Origin: the human T2T-CHM13v2.0 reference genome, Homo sapiens
Assembly: GCF_009914755.1 (NCBI RefSeq)
Contig: NC_060940.1
Reading direction: 5' to 3' (one strand)
Length of the DNA: 64,000 nt
The translations under genes were made by a program, and so were the position numbers. Positions 11,050 through 27,062 of the stretch are shown piece after piece (positions within the stretch are counted from its first letter, which is position 1; each line of letters starts with the position of its first letter). The notes beneath the pieces were generated by a model that saw nothing but the letters and a program-made list of their open reading frames with translations, had not been told where the DNA came from and searched no databases.

Positions 11050-14030
11050 AGATGATATGATTATAACCATAATCATGGTGATAGTGATACTGGTATTGAA
11101 GGCTGTGATGGGTGGTGATAATAGTGTTGGTGATGATGGGTGGTCATGGTGGTGATGGTAGTGATGGTGTTAGTGGTTATAGAGGTGATGATAATGGTGG
11201 CGGTGATGTGTGATGATGGTGGTAATAAAAATGTTGGTGACGTTGGGTGGTGATGGTAATGATGACGGAGGTGATGACAGTGGTAAAGAAAATAGTGGTG
11301 ATAGTGGCGGTGATGGTAGTGAGTGGTGATGATAGTGATGGTAATAAAAATGGTGGTGGGTGGTAATGGTGGTGATGTTAGTGGTGGAGATGATGGAAAT
11401 GGTGATGGTGGAGGTGATAGTGGTAGTGGTGATGATGTGGTGGTAATAAAACTGGCTTGCATTTTGATAAACGTAGTGGTGATGGTGGTGGTGGTGGTGG
11501 TGGTGGCGGTGGTGGCGGTGGTGGCGGTGGTGGCGGTGGTGGCGGTGTTGTGGTGGTGGCGGCAGTGGTGGCAGTGGTGGCAGTGTTGTGGTGGTGTGGT
11601 GGTGGCGGCAGTGGCGGCAGTGGCGGCGATGTGGTGGTGTGGTGATGTGGTGGTGATGGTGGTGATGGTGGTGGTGGTGGTGGTGGTGGCAGTGGTGGCA
11701 GTGGTGGCGGTGTTGTGGTGGTGTGGTGGTGGCGGCAGTGGCGGCAGTGGCGGCGATGTGGTGGTGTGGTGATGTGGTGGTGATGGTGGTGGTGGTGGTG
11801 GTGGTGGTGATGGTGGTGGTGGTGGTGGTGGTGGTGGTGGTGGTGATGGTGGTGATGGTGGTGGTGGTGGTGGTGGTGGTGGTGGTGGTGGTGGTGATGG
11901 TGGTGATGGTGGTGGTGGTGGTGGTGGTGGTGGTGGTGGTGATGGTGATGGTGGTGGTGGTGGTGGTGGTGGTGATGGTGGTGGTGGTGGTGGTGGTGAT
12001 GGTGGTGGTGATGGTGATGGTGGTGGTGGTGGTGGTGGTGGTGATGGTGGTGGTGGTGATGGTGGTGGTGGTGATGGTGGTGGTGGTGGTGGTGGTGGTG
12101 GTGGTGGTGGTGGTGGTGATGGTGGTGATGGTGGTGGTGGTGGTGGTGGTGGTGGTGGTGGTGATGGTGATGGTGGTGGTGGTGGTGGTGGTGGTGATGG
12201 TGATGGTGGTGGTGGTGATGATGGTGGTGATGGTGGTGGTGGTGGTGGTGGTGATGGTGGTGATGGTGGTGATGGTGGTGGTGGTGATGGTGGTGGTGGT
12301 GGTGGTGGTGGTGGTGGTGGTGGTGGTGGTGATGGTGGTGGTGGTGATGGTGGTGGTGGTGATGGTGGTGGTGGTGGTGGTGGTGATGGTGGTGGTGATG
12401 GTGGTGATGGTGGTGGTGGTGATGGTGGTGGTGGTGGTGGTGGTGATGGTGGTGGTGGTGGTGATGGTGGTGATGGTGGTGGTGGTGATGGTGGTGGTGA
12501 TGGTGGTGATGGTGGTGGTGGTGATGGTGGTGGTGGTGGTGGTGGTGATGGTGGTGGTGGTGGTGATGGTGGTGATGGTGGTGGTGGTGATGGTGGTGGT
12601 GGTGATGGTGGTGGTGGTGGTGGTGGTGATGGTGGTGGTGATGGTGGTGATGGTGGTGGTGGTGATGGTGGTGGTGGTGATGGTGGTGGTGGTGATGGTG
12701 GTGATGGTGGTGGTGATGGTGGTGATGGTGGTGGTGGTGATGGTGGTGGTGGTGGTGATGGTGGTGGTGATGGTGGTGGTGGTGGTGGTGATGGTGGTGG
12801 TGATGGTGGTGGTGGTGGTGGTGGTGGTGGTGGTGGTGATGGTGGTGGTGGTGGTGGTGATGGTGGTGGTGATGGTGGTGGTGATGGTGGTGGTGGTGGT
12901 GGTGATGGTGGTGGTGGTGATGGTGGTGGTGGTGGTGGTGATGGTGGTGGTGGTGGTGGTGATGGTGGTGGTGGTGGTGGTGGTGATGGTGGTGGTGGTG
13001 GTGGTGATGGTGGTGGTGGTGATGGTGGTGGTGGTGGTGGTGGTGGTGGTGGTGGTGGTGATGGTGGTGGTGGTGGTGGTGATGGTGGTGGTGATGGTGG
13101 TGGTGATGGTGGTGGTGGTGGTGGTGATGGTGGTGGTGATGGTGGTGGTGGTGGTGGTGGTGGTGGTGGTGGTGATGGTGGTGGTGGTGGTGATGGTGGT
13201 GGTGGTGATGGTGGTGGTGATGGTGGTGGTGATGGTGGTGGTGGTGGTGGTGGTGGTGATGGTGGTGGTGGTGGTGGTGGTGGTGGTGGTGGTGGTGGTG
13301 GTGGTGGTGGTGGTGGTGGTGGTGGTGGTGGTGGTGGTGATGGTGGTGGTGGTGGTGGTGGTGGTGGTGGTGGTGGTGATGGTGGTGGTGGTGGTGGTGA
13401 TGATGGTGGTGATGGTGGTGGTGGTGGTGGTGGTGGTGGTGGTGATGGTGGTGGTGGTGGTGGTGGTGGTGATGGTGGTGGTGGTGGTGGTGATGATGGT
13501 GGTGATGGTGGTGGTGGTGGTGGTGGTGGTGATGGTGGTGGTGGTGGTGGTGGTGGTGATGGTGGTGGTGATGGTGGTGGTGGTGGTGGTGGTGGTGATG
13601 GTGGTGGTGGTGATGGTGGTGATGGTGGTGGTGGTGGTGATGGTGGTGATGGTGGTGGTGGTGGTGGTGGTGGTGGTGGTGGTGGTGGTGATGGTGGTGG
13701 TGGTGGTGGTGATGATGGTGGTGATGGTGGTGGTGGTGGTGGTGGTGATGGTGGTGGTGGTGGTGGTGGTGATGGTGGTGGTGGTGGTGGTGATGGTGGT
13801 GGTGGTGGTGGTGATGATGGTGGTGATGGTGGTGGTGGTGGTGGTGGTGGTGATGGTGGTGGTGGTGGTGGTGGTGGTGGTGGTGGTGGTGATGGTGGTG
13901 GTGGTGGTGGTGATGATGGTGGTGATGGTGGTGGTGGTGGTGGTGGTGGTGATGGTGGTGGTGGTGATGGTAGTGGTGATGGTAGTGATAAGGGTGATAA
14001 TGATTGGTGGTAGTGGGGGTGGTCATGATG
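11050..14030. repeat. (GGT/GAT)n trinucleotide array, ~3 kb; pure core 11774-13969
   Basis: Core contains only GGT and GAT triplets in one phase (~732 units from ORF-track coordinates); degenerate flanks. Confidence 0.99.
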
Positions 14031-15165
14031 ATTAATATAGCAGAATAATCATCATGGTGTTTTAACCAGGAGGCCTAGAAGTAAAAGTAGTCATACTGGG
14101 GATTGGTCGCTTCTCCTGCCCCACCTTGACACCAAGCACCTACTGGAGATATCCAACCTTCTTCAGGCCTCATCCAAGAAATAACTATCATGGCTTTTTC
14201 TTCCTATGGCGACTGTAGGTATCACTCTCACTCCCTCCTCACTCAATGGAAAATAAATTATAAGTGAATGCTGGAACCAATGAATTCCCCTCACAGCAGA
14301 GAATATCCATTATTTACCCATAAAAATATTTCAAGGATTATTAGCATGTAAACTGTGATTAATTAAATTTGCAAAAATTGTTTCTGATGCATGTAAATGA
14401 GGTGGTTCCTGCTGGGTGAGACTAAGGTGTTGCTCTCTCTCCTGCTGCTTGAGGAGACAGTTGCAGGGAAGTTACTCAACTCATCTTCTGTTCAGAGGCT
14501 TTGGAAAAGGTAGAACTACAGAGTCCATCTCAAACGTGGTTCTGCTCTGAGCTTTTCCAGATTCGTCCTTCTAAATCAGGTCTACCCAATTAAGGGGATT
14601 GTCTGGGGGACAGTCTTCCCATTTAGGAACTGATTCACATGCAGGAGCACTGAAGGGGCCTAAAGGTCATGGAGCTTAAAGGAACTAGAAAGGAGGAAAT
14701 CAGCTTTTAGTCCACTCTGACCACCGAACCCAGGAAGGGGCTAAGACTACCTCAAGGTTGCAGCGCTTTCTGTATGCCATCCTAAATTCTTACAGGGTTT
14801 TCATGATATCAGCAAGAACCAGGATCACATACCCAGTGGAAGCTGGTCCAGAACTTGCAGCCAGAAGAAAAGGCCTCAGTCTAAGGAAGGCGGTGGGGCC
14901 AAACTGGGTTGTAGTGACTTCCAGGATCTGAAGGGTTTGTCCATGGTTTCTGTCTTGTAAGTCTCCAAGACACTCCTGGCTGAATCCCTCAGCATTTGGT
15001 GCCACAAAAGTTTCCTAAGGGTTTCAGCTGGCCAAGGACATATCCAGATGCCCAGGGGCCACACTGGTACAGACTCAGTGCTCAGAGAGGGCTGTTCTTC
15101 CTGCAGCCTCCCCAGGCTCAATTAGGGGAGGTTTCTTCTGTCACTTGCTACAGTGATACCTCTAG

Positions 15166-15648
<483 letters not shown>

Positions 15649-15812
15649 CAAGCAGGACTATTCTTGACTCACCCCTCCCCTTCTTTCCCTACATCTAGTT
15701 GCCAAGTTCTGTTGATTTGACCTCTTCAACATCTCTAAACTGTGACCATACCTCTCCCTTCCCACTGCTACCGACATTCCCTCCAGCATGGATGACCACA
15801 GTAGCTTCCTAA

Positions 15813-16582
<770 letters not shown>

Positions 16583-17066
16583 GACTATGATCACTATTGA
16601 TGAGCTCTCCTGCTTTAAAGCCCTTGTTAAGTAAAGAAAAACCCAACTCCTCAGCCTGAGATTTAAGGGAGTCTCGAGAGACTGCCTGCCTCTCATCTCA
16701 TTCCAATCCCTCACTGTCTACACCCCATCCTTTGATGCCATCAGCCCAGCCCCATTTGCTGAATATGCTGCCCCCTTCCAAATTTCTTGGTGCACCAACC
16801 CTCCCCGACCCATCTAGCAATGCACCCCTGCTTCATAACCCATCCTTTTCCAGCTGTCCAGGCAGAGCCGCTTCCTCCTGGGCACTCCCACAGCACTTAC
16901 TGCCTCTCTCTTTCGCAGCGTTCATCATGCCCACCGTCCTCATGGTGAATGTGGCTTTCTTGCCCCTCTGGGCCGGGAGCAGGGTGATGTTCCTTGTGGA
17001 GTGGTGAGAGTGCAGGCTGGGAGTTGCACTGATTGGGTTTTTCAACCTTTCTCTGGCTCTAACCAG

Positions 17067-17553
17067 AGGGCTGCTGGTTGGCTATTTTTATAGTTATTTC
17101 TTGATCATATACTAAAGAAGGGGTGGATTATTCATGAGTCTTCCCAGGAAAAGGGTGGGCAATTCCCTAACTAAGGATTCCTCCCCTTTTTAGACCATAG
17201 AGGGTAACTTCCAGACATTGACATGGCATTTGTAAATTGTCATGGTACTTGAGGGAGTGTATTTTAGAAGTTAATGCGTTATAATTAACACATAATGAGC
17301 AGTGAGGATGACCACAGGTCACTTTCTTCACCATCTTGTTTTTGGTGGGTTTTGGCCAGCTTCTTTACTGCAACCTGTATTATTAGCAGGGTTTTTATGA
17401 TGTGTATCTTGTGATACCGGTCCTGCGGACCTCCCACCTCATCCTTTGACTAAGAATGCCTAGCCTCATGGGAATGCAGCCCATCACGTTTCAGCCTTAA
17501 TTTACCCAGCCCCTACTCAATGATGGAGTTGCTCTGGTTCTAATGCCTCTGAC
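17067..17553 (-). mobile_element. MER41B-like ERV1 LTR, 3'-truncated
   Basis: Minus strand reads GTCAGAGGCATTAGAACCAGAGCAACTCCATC..GGCTGGGTAAATTAAGGCTG; includes tandem STAT-site region. Confidence 0.85.
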
Positions 17554-17900
17554 CCCTAAGCCCATGGGATTCCTCAACATGGCCACTGGGACCTCAAGCA
17601 ACCCCAATGCAGCTTCCATCCTGGAAGGCCCTAAAGATCGTGGCACCCAAAACCAGGACCCTCCAGAAACTGAGAAACCCATCTGGGATGGCATCCAGAC
17701 AGCTACGGGGTTCTGTTCTTGGGGGGAATTTTTGACAAGTTAAGATTGCAGGGGCCTGATAATAATCACAGGGAGGTCTAATAGTTAATAGCATTGGCAG
17801 GGACAAGGCACAGCCATGGCAAGAGAGCATTCAAATCCACTTTGTGTCTAAACCTCTCACTCCCTGACTTTTCCACACAGAATGAGCCTGAATAGTCTGA

Positions 17901-18220
<320 letters not shown>

Positions 18221-18379
18221 CAGTTTCTTTAAAACACTCCACCTCAGCTATTTCCCCAAGTCATTACTGCACGTAAGATTCTGGAGTCCTCCTATGGGAA
18301 TCCAGCCCCATAACCTCAAAAATAATATGTCGATAACTGGGACCTCCGCAAACTCAATGCTAAAGTTGCCCTTGACCTG

Positions 18380-18863
18380 GTGATTCCAGACGAGTGAGCC
18401 CCAAAATTAGAGCTTATCCCAGGAGGATTGCTGGCTTCACCCAGGAAAGAATCAGAGGGCTAGCTGGTGGTGTTAGACAGCAACTTTTATTGAAGTCCCA
18501 ATGAACAGCAGCAGCAGAGGGACTGCTTCCCTGTGGAGCAGGGCTACCCTACAGGCAGTGTGTCCAGAGTAGCAGCTCAGAGACTGGTCTGCAGTCATGT
18601 TATACCCACTTTTAATTAAATGCAAATTAAGGGGTGGCTTATGCCGACAGTCCCAGAAATAGGATGATAACTTCCAGGTTGTCAGGTCATTGCCATGGAA
18701 ATGGGGATTAACTTGCAGGTGTTGCCATGGCAGTGGTAAACTGACATGGCACTGGCGGGCATGTCTTATGGAGAGGCGCTTTGGCCTCTTCCCTGTTTCA
18801 GCCAATCTTCGATCTGGTCCAGAGTCCGAGCCCCGCCTCCAGGATCAAATCCCACCTCCCACG
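18380..18863 (-). mobile_element. MER41-family ERV1 LTR (second copy, different subfamily)
   Basis: Minus strand GGGAGGTGGGA..GGAGGCGGGGCTCGGACTCTGGACCAGATCGAAG..GCCATGGCAACAC..AATAAAAG. Confidence 0.65.
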
Positions 18864-18960
18864 TCCCTGGGTTGGTGGCATAGATGATGGCAGTGCTTCC
18901 AAAACCTGGTGGAATTTTTTTTTCTGCTATTATACAAAAAAGTATACATAAGAGATGTGC

Positions 18961-19299
<339 letters not shown>

Positions 19300-20441
19300 T
19301 CAGAGGACATATAGTCAAAAGATTAACTTCCCACCTCACTCGGCCACCAGTTCCCATTTCTCGTCCCCACTGTAACAGAGCATACGTTAATATACCCTCA
19401 AACTCCCCTCCTCAAAGGAGACACACCATGAGGACTTGCACCATCTTGCTTTGCCCCTTAATATTTATTGGCCATTGTGCCATAACAATAGGTATAAATC
19501 TGTCTCATAATTGTTAACAGTTATGGATGCATCATTATTTAATGGGTCCCCTCCTGACAGGCCTTTAATAAGTTATTAAACGCCATACCTCATCCTCACA
19601 GCAGCCTCTTGAGACACACATATTATGCCTATTGTACCAACTAAAATGATTAGAATAGGAATCCTCAATCCTCTATTCTAATTCAATAGGAATTAGAATA
19701 GAATCCTCAATTCTATGCTGGCTGCAGCGTACAATCACCCAGGGTGCCAGTGTGCCCGTCAGAGGCTGAGGTTCAGTGACCGACTCTCCCCCAGCCTCTG
19801 GCCCCAGCTGCTGTGTGTGCTGCTCAGACCTGTGCAAGGCAACACCAGGCCTTGCAGCAATTCATCCACCCGTTTTTATTTTGTATTAAAATTGTTATTC
19901 CTGCCTGCTGCCGCTACCTCCAGGCTATTTCTCAGGACATTAACCTTTATAGTCCTCCTCTACCACTGTTCCTTGGGGTTGAATTTTATTCCACTCAGGA
20001 GACCAAGGGACAGAGCCACTGCAGCCACAATAACTGGGCAGTGAACACCCCAGGATCCCGAAGAGCTGCCCATCCCAGCTGAGACTGGTGGCCTTTGGTT
20101 CAGTCCTCTGGATTGTGATTTGGACCCAGACATAAATGCAGAGAAAGACACAGAGAACGGTGGAGAGAATGTAGACAGAGGAGAGAGAGAGAGAGATAGA
20201 GACAAAGAGCTGTGTCCTCATGTCCAACTGTACAAAGATGGCTTGTAGGAATTTCCCATCAGGTAAACAAATCAATATGAGTCATGTACTAAGACACTGC
20301 TATCGATGAAAACAGCTGAGATTATTAGTGCCCACTGAATGCCAAAGAAAACATAGACATCACCTCTGGTTCTCTCTGAAACCCTACAAGGAACTATTGT
20401 GAAGAAACTATGACCCAGTGAATTAAGTGCCTTTACTTAAG

Positions 20442-20650
20442 TGTATCAGTCAGCATAGGCTAGGTTATGCTGCTATAACAAACAATCCCAAAAATCTCAG
20501 TGGGGTGAAATAACAGAGACCATAAGATTAGCTCTCACTCAAACTAAATGTCCATCAGGGCTTGACAGTGACTCTGTTCCAGGCCACCTTCTCTAGTGGA
20601 CAGGGTCCTCCACTGCTGAGACAACCCCATAAGGAAGAAGGACCAATATA
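20442..20650 (-). mobile_element. Old MLT1 LTR (probably resumes at ~22060-22210)
   Basis: TGTATCAGTCAGCATAGGCTAGGTTATGCTGCTATAACAAACAATCCCAAAAATCTCAGTGG. Confidence 0.7.
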
Positions 20651-20655
20651 GTCCC

Positions 20656-21380
20656 CAGTGATGTGTTGGTGAATGATTAATAACAGTTCTGTGAGGGTAG
20701 ACAGTGTCTGTGTGTGTGTGTGTGTGTGCACGAACACGCATGTGTGTATACATATCTTTATTATAAATTTTACTGATAAAAGATGTATTGTACACAGTTT
20801 ATAAATAGTAATAAAATATACAAACTCTTTATTGAAAATTGTCTATAGCCAAATGATTCTCACGGAAAGCTTTTGTTGATTTTTATTATACAACTCTGAC
20901 ATCCATAGCCCACCCAGAGTTCCAATGAATGACTCTATAATGTTTTTTTGCTATTCACAATGTAACAGCTACCAATATGACACTTTTCAGTTTAATTTGC
21001 TTTTTCTTCTATTGCTTTCTCACGTCTATACAAGAACCCAAACAATTCATAGAGACCTGATTTGTAGTGTTTGCCCATTTTTGGTGGTATAAATGCTCCC
21101 GAAATGGCCAATGTCAAGCTTGCACAGTGAGGTCACTGCATGCAGAACAGGGAAAGAAGTGTGTGTTCACACACTGTTATGTAATATTTCCATCTTACAG
21201 ATACAATGGACATAAATACATTCAAAAACTTAGAGAGTAGTAAAATGCAATAAAACAAGAAGTGGTGGGTTTGGGGTATTTCTTTCCTTTGTTTTTAATA
21301 AAATGTGTTTAGCTATAAATTTACATAATTTAATTTTTAATGATGGCTGCAGTTAATCGCTGGCTTAGAAAACTCCTGCA
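20656..21380. mobile_element. MER63-like hAT transposon containing (TG)n
   Basis: CAGTGATGTGTTGGTGAATGATTAATAAC terminus, AT-rich body; family from recall. Confidence 0.55.
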
Positions 21381-21384
21381 TGCC

Positions 21385-22055
<671 letters not shown>

Positions 22056-22240
22056 ACAACGCTGCCACTCCAGGCTCCAGGCTGATGGAGCAGCTCTGTC
22101 TGGAGCAGTTATTCGGTCATTACCAGAGTAGGAAAGAGACCTCTGAAGGAGCTCACTTCTGCTCCACCCTCATTGGTCAGAGTTAGTCATATGATCCTAC
22201 CCAACCATCCTTCCTAATTCTCCAGAAGTGGGAGAGCCAG

Positions 22241-22632
22241 TGATATAGTTTGGAAATTTGTCCCTGTCCAAATCTCATGTTGAATTGTAATCCCCAATGC
22301 TGGAGGTGGGGCCTGGTGGGAGGCATTTGGATCACGGGGGGCAGATCCCTCATGGCTTGGTGCTGTATTCGTGACAGTGAGTTCTCGTGAGATCTGGTCA
22401 TAAAAGTGTGTAGCACCCTGGCTTTTTGCTTCTGCTGTCACTGTGTGACGTGCCTGCTGCCCCTTCACCTTCTGCCATGAGTAAAACTCCGAGGCCTCCC
22501 TAGAAGCTGAGCAGATGTCAGCATTATGCTTCCTGTACTGCCACAAAACCGTGAGCCAAATAAACCTCTTTTCTTTATAAATTACCCAGCTCTGGGTATT
22601 TCTTTGTAGCAATATGAGAATGGACTAATACA
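22241..22632 (+). mobile_element. MST (MaLR) solo LTR
   Basis: TGATATAGTTTGG..CTAATACA; perfect TSD GCCAG. Confidence 0.93.
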
Positions 22633-22789
22633 GCCAGAATACTCAGCACACACAGCACTCAATAGTGATCACTGCTGCACAATCACACAGCTGGCCAACA
22701 ACAGCTCTGGGGTGGAATTCCAGGTCTCTGTGACCACAAATCTATGCTCCTCTCCTTACACACCATTTGAGAATTGAGACTCTCACTTG

Positions 22790-22868
22790 GACTGGTCACA
22801 GTGGCACGCACCTATAATCCCAGCTACTTGGGAGGCTGAGGTGGGAGGATCTCCTGAGCCCAGGGTTG
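22790..22868 (+). mobile_element. Alu monomer fragment
   Basis: GTGGCACGCACCTATAATCCCAGCTACTTGGGAGGCTGAGG. Confidence 0.8.
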
Positions 22869-23545
22869 GAGATTCCTCACTAGGTCTTGAGAATATGAAG
22901 ATGAATAATGTTCATTCCCCATCCTGAGCTCCACCCTGAAACACCCACAACACTAAAGCTAATACATAGACTTGTCAGGTCAGAAATCCACAAACTGACT
23001 GAATCTTAGTATCCCCAGGATACCCCTAAAAGACCCCTCGTTGGTGTCAAAAAATACACTTCATTCTCCTGTCTCACATACACTGCAGTCATCATTAATC
23101 AACTATGACACTTTCTCCTAATGAGCCTGGATGGGGCAAGAATCAGGAGTCACAGCTCCCAACAGACATTAGCAATCAATCAGAGAAAGTGCATAATTTG
23201 AAAACTATTTGTCATTTGGAAACCCCTCATTTCATATATGGGAAAATGGAGGCCATAAACCACATGGTAAGTCAGTTTGGCCACGTAGCTGACACTGCAG
23301 CAAAGATATATGTGCAGGTAGGGCAAAAGGCAGTCTTCCTTAAACCCCCAGAGTGTTCACTCTTGGGAGGAGGAAAGCCAGCCTCAGCCCAGGAGCTCTC
23401 TCCCAAGTAATCCACCTTGATTAGGTGATAATAATATTCATAACAAAAAACAATATTTGCCACTTATAGGGCAACTTCCAGGTGTGAGGCCCAGTGTTAA
23501 GTGCCTTAAAGGCACTTGTCACTTCTCCTCCTTAAACCATCCCAC

Positions 23546-24164
<619 letters not shown>

Positions 24165-24343
24165 TCAGAGACATAAAATAATTTGCCCAATATCACACAG
24201 CCAGCAGTGATGATATTGGTTTCACTGAATAAATGTTTACTATGTGCCAAGTCCTCAACTAAGGGATGCTTTATCTCTTTTAATCCTCACAATAGTCCTA
24301 TGAATGGGGTGGTATCATTCTCATGCTACAGATAAGAAACTTA

Positions 24344-24645
<302 letters not shown>

Positions 24646-24725
24646 CCTGAGACTCAGTGAGGATGTATCCATTGGCCTAAGCTCATTAAAGTGGGATTGG
24701 AATCCAGACAGCCTGACTCTACCAT

Positions 24726-25430
24726 TGTCTTAGTTCAGGCTGCTATAACAAATACCATGGACTGGTGACTCAAACAACATTTAGTCCTCACACTTCTGAA
24801 ACTGAGAAGTTTCAGATCAAGGTCAGTGTCAGCTGTGTGGCCAAATCCAAAACCATGTGCCTACAGATTTGGTGTCCGGTGAGGCTTCTCTTCCTGGTTT
24901 GCAGATAGCCACCTTCTTACTGAATTCTGACATGGCAGAGAGATACATCACCTTTCTTATGACTTTTTTTGGAGGCGGAGTCTTGCTCTGTCACCCAGGC
25001 TGGAGTGCAGTGGTACAGTCTCAGCTCACTGAACCTCCACCTCCTGGGTTCAAGCAATTCTCCTGCCTCAGCCTCCCAAGCAGCTGGGACTACAGGTGCG
25101 CGCCACCATGCCTGGCTAATTTTTGTGTTTTTAGTAGAGACGGGGTTTCACCATGCTGGCCAGGCTGGTCTCAAACTCCTGACCTCAGGATCTGCCTGCC
25201 TCGGCCTCCCAAAGTGCTGGGATTACAGGCATGAGCCACGGTGCCCAGCCTGGGCCACCACGCCCAGCCTTATGACTCTTCTTATAAGGTCACTAACCTC
25301 ATTAATGAGGGCTCCATCTTCATGACCTAATTACCTCCCAAAGGCCCCACCTCCTAATCCCATCACTTTGCGGGTTAGGGCTTCAACATATGAATGGGGT
25401 AAGGAGGAACTAACACTCAATCTATAGCAA
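24726..25430 (-). mobile_element. MLT1A-like LTR split by Alu
   Basis: TGTCTTAGTTCAGGCTGCTATAACAAATACCA..GGGCTTCAACATATGAAT..CTATAGCA. Confidence 0.85.
24964..25270 (-). mobile_element. AluS
   Basis: Antisense dimer; TSD TTATGACT; short duplication of its 5' end. Confidence 0.94.
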
Positions 25431-25449
25431 CCATTCATGATCATGACAG

Positions 25450-26238
<789 letters not shown>

Positions 26239-26597
26239 ACAGTAAATGGTAATAAACAGAGAAGTCAGTATTTGAACTCTCTGTTAGCCTGAAGTCATCA
26301 ATTACTAATCTCTACTAACCCTTCTGGCAAGGCCTTTGCCCACCTCAGGGTGATGATAAGGAGAGACTTGGAGCTGAACCTGGGAGCCAGAGATCATGCA
26401 GGTTTGCAGACCAGGGCAAGACAAGAGCACGGATTGCCCACCCCAAGCAAAAGGCAGACCAGCCAGCAGGAAGCTGTGATCAGGGGATGGAGTGCTCTCA
26501 TTGACCAGCCTGGATTTCATGCCCATCACGGGGCTACACATCCCCAAGGCCAAGTTCAATGCTTGGCACAGATTAGGCACTCACTGAATACTTGCCT

Positions 26598-27062
26598 ATT
26601 ATTTCAGTTTACTCTTACTGCATAGTGAACCACCCAAAGCATAGTGGCTTAAAACAACTGTCACTTTATTTAGCTCATGATTCAATAGGTTTGCTGGGCT
26701 GGCTCACTGGAGCTGGATGGTCTAAGGTGGTTCACTCACAGGTTAGCAGGCTGGTTCCAGGGGACACACCAGTTGGGCCAGCTTAACTGTGCTCCACAAG
26801 GTCTCTTGTCATCCAGCAGGCTATCCCGGGTCTCTTCACATGGAGGTCAAAGGGCAGCAAGAGAGGACCAGCCTCAGTGTGCGAGTGCTTGCCCAGCCTC
26901 TGCTGGCAATGCATTTGCTAAGATCCCAGTGACTAAATGTCATCATGTAATCAAGCTGAAATTTCAGATTTGGAGAACTGGACTTCACTTCTCCATGGGA
27001 GAGGTGCATTGCACACAACAGGCATAGGAAGCATTTGTGCCATTTTCATTGCAGTCTACCAA
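26598..27062 (-). mobile_element. MLT1 (F/G-like) LTR
   Basis: ACCACCCAAAGCATAGTGGCTTAAAACAAC..TTAGCTCATGATTC..GCAGTCTACCA. Confidence 0.75.

Noticed and set aside
11378-14026. 882-aa poly-histidine ORF
   Set aside because: Direct consequence of the CAC/CAT triplet array; no promoter, splice or domain evidence
11050-14030. CRISPR-like or telomeric array
   Set aside because: No unique spacers, no cas genes, no TTAGGG; it is a period-3 simple repeat in primate DNA
11723-14035. 770-aa Val/Met ORF
   Set aside because: Same repeat read on the other strand; not evidence of a gene
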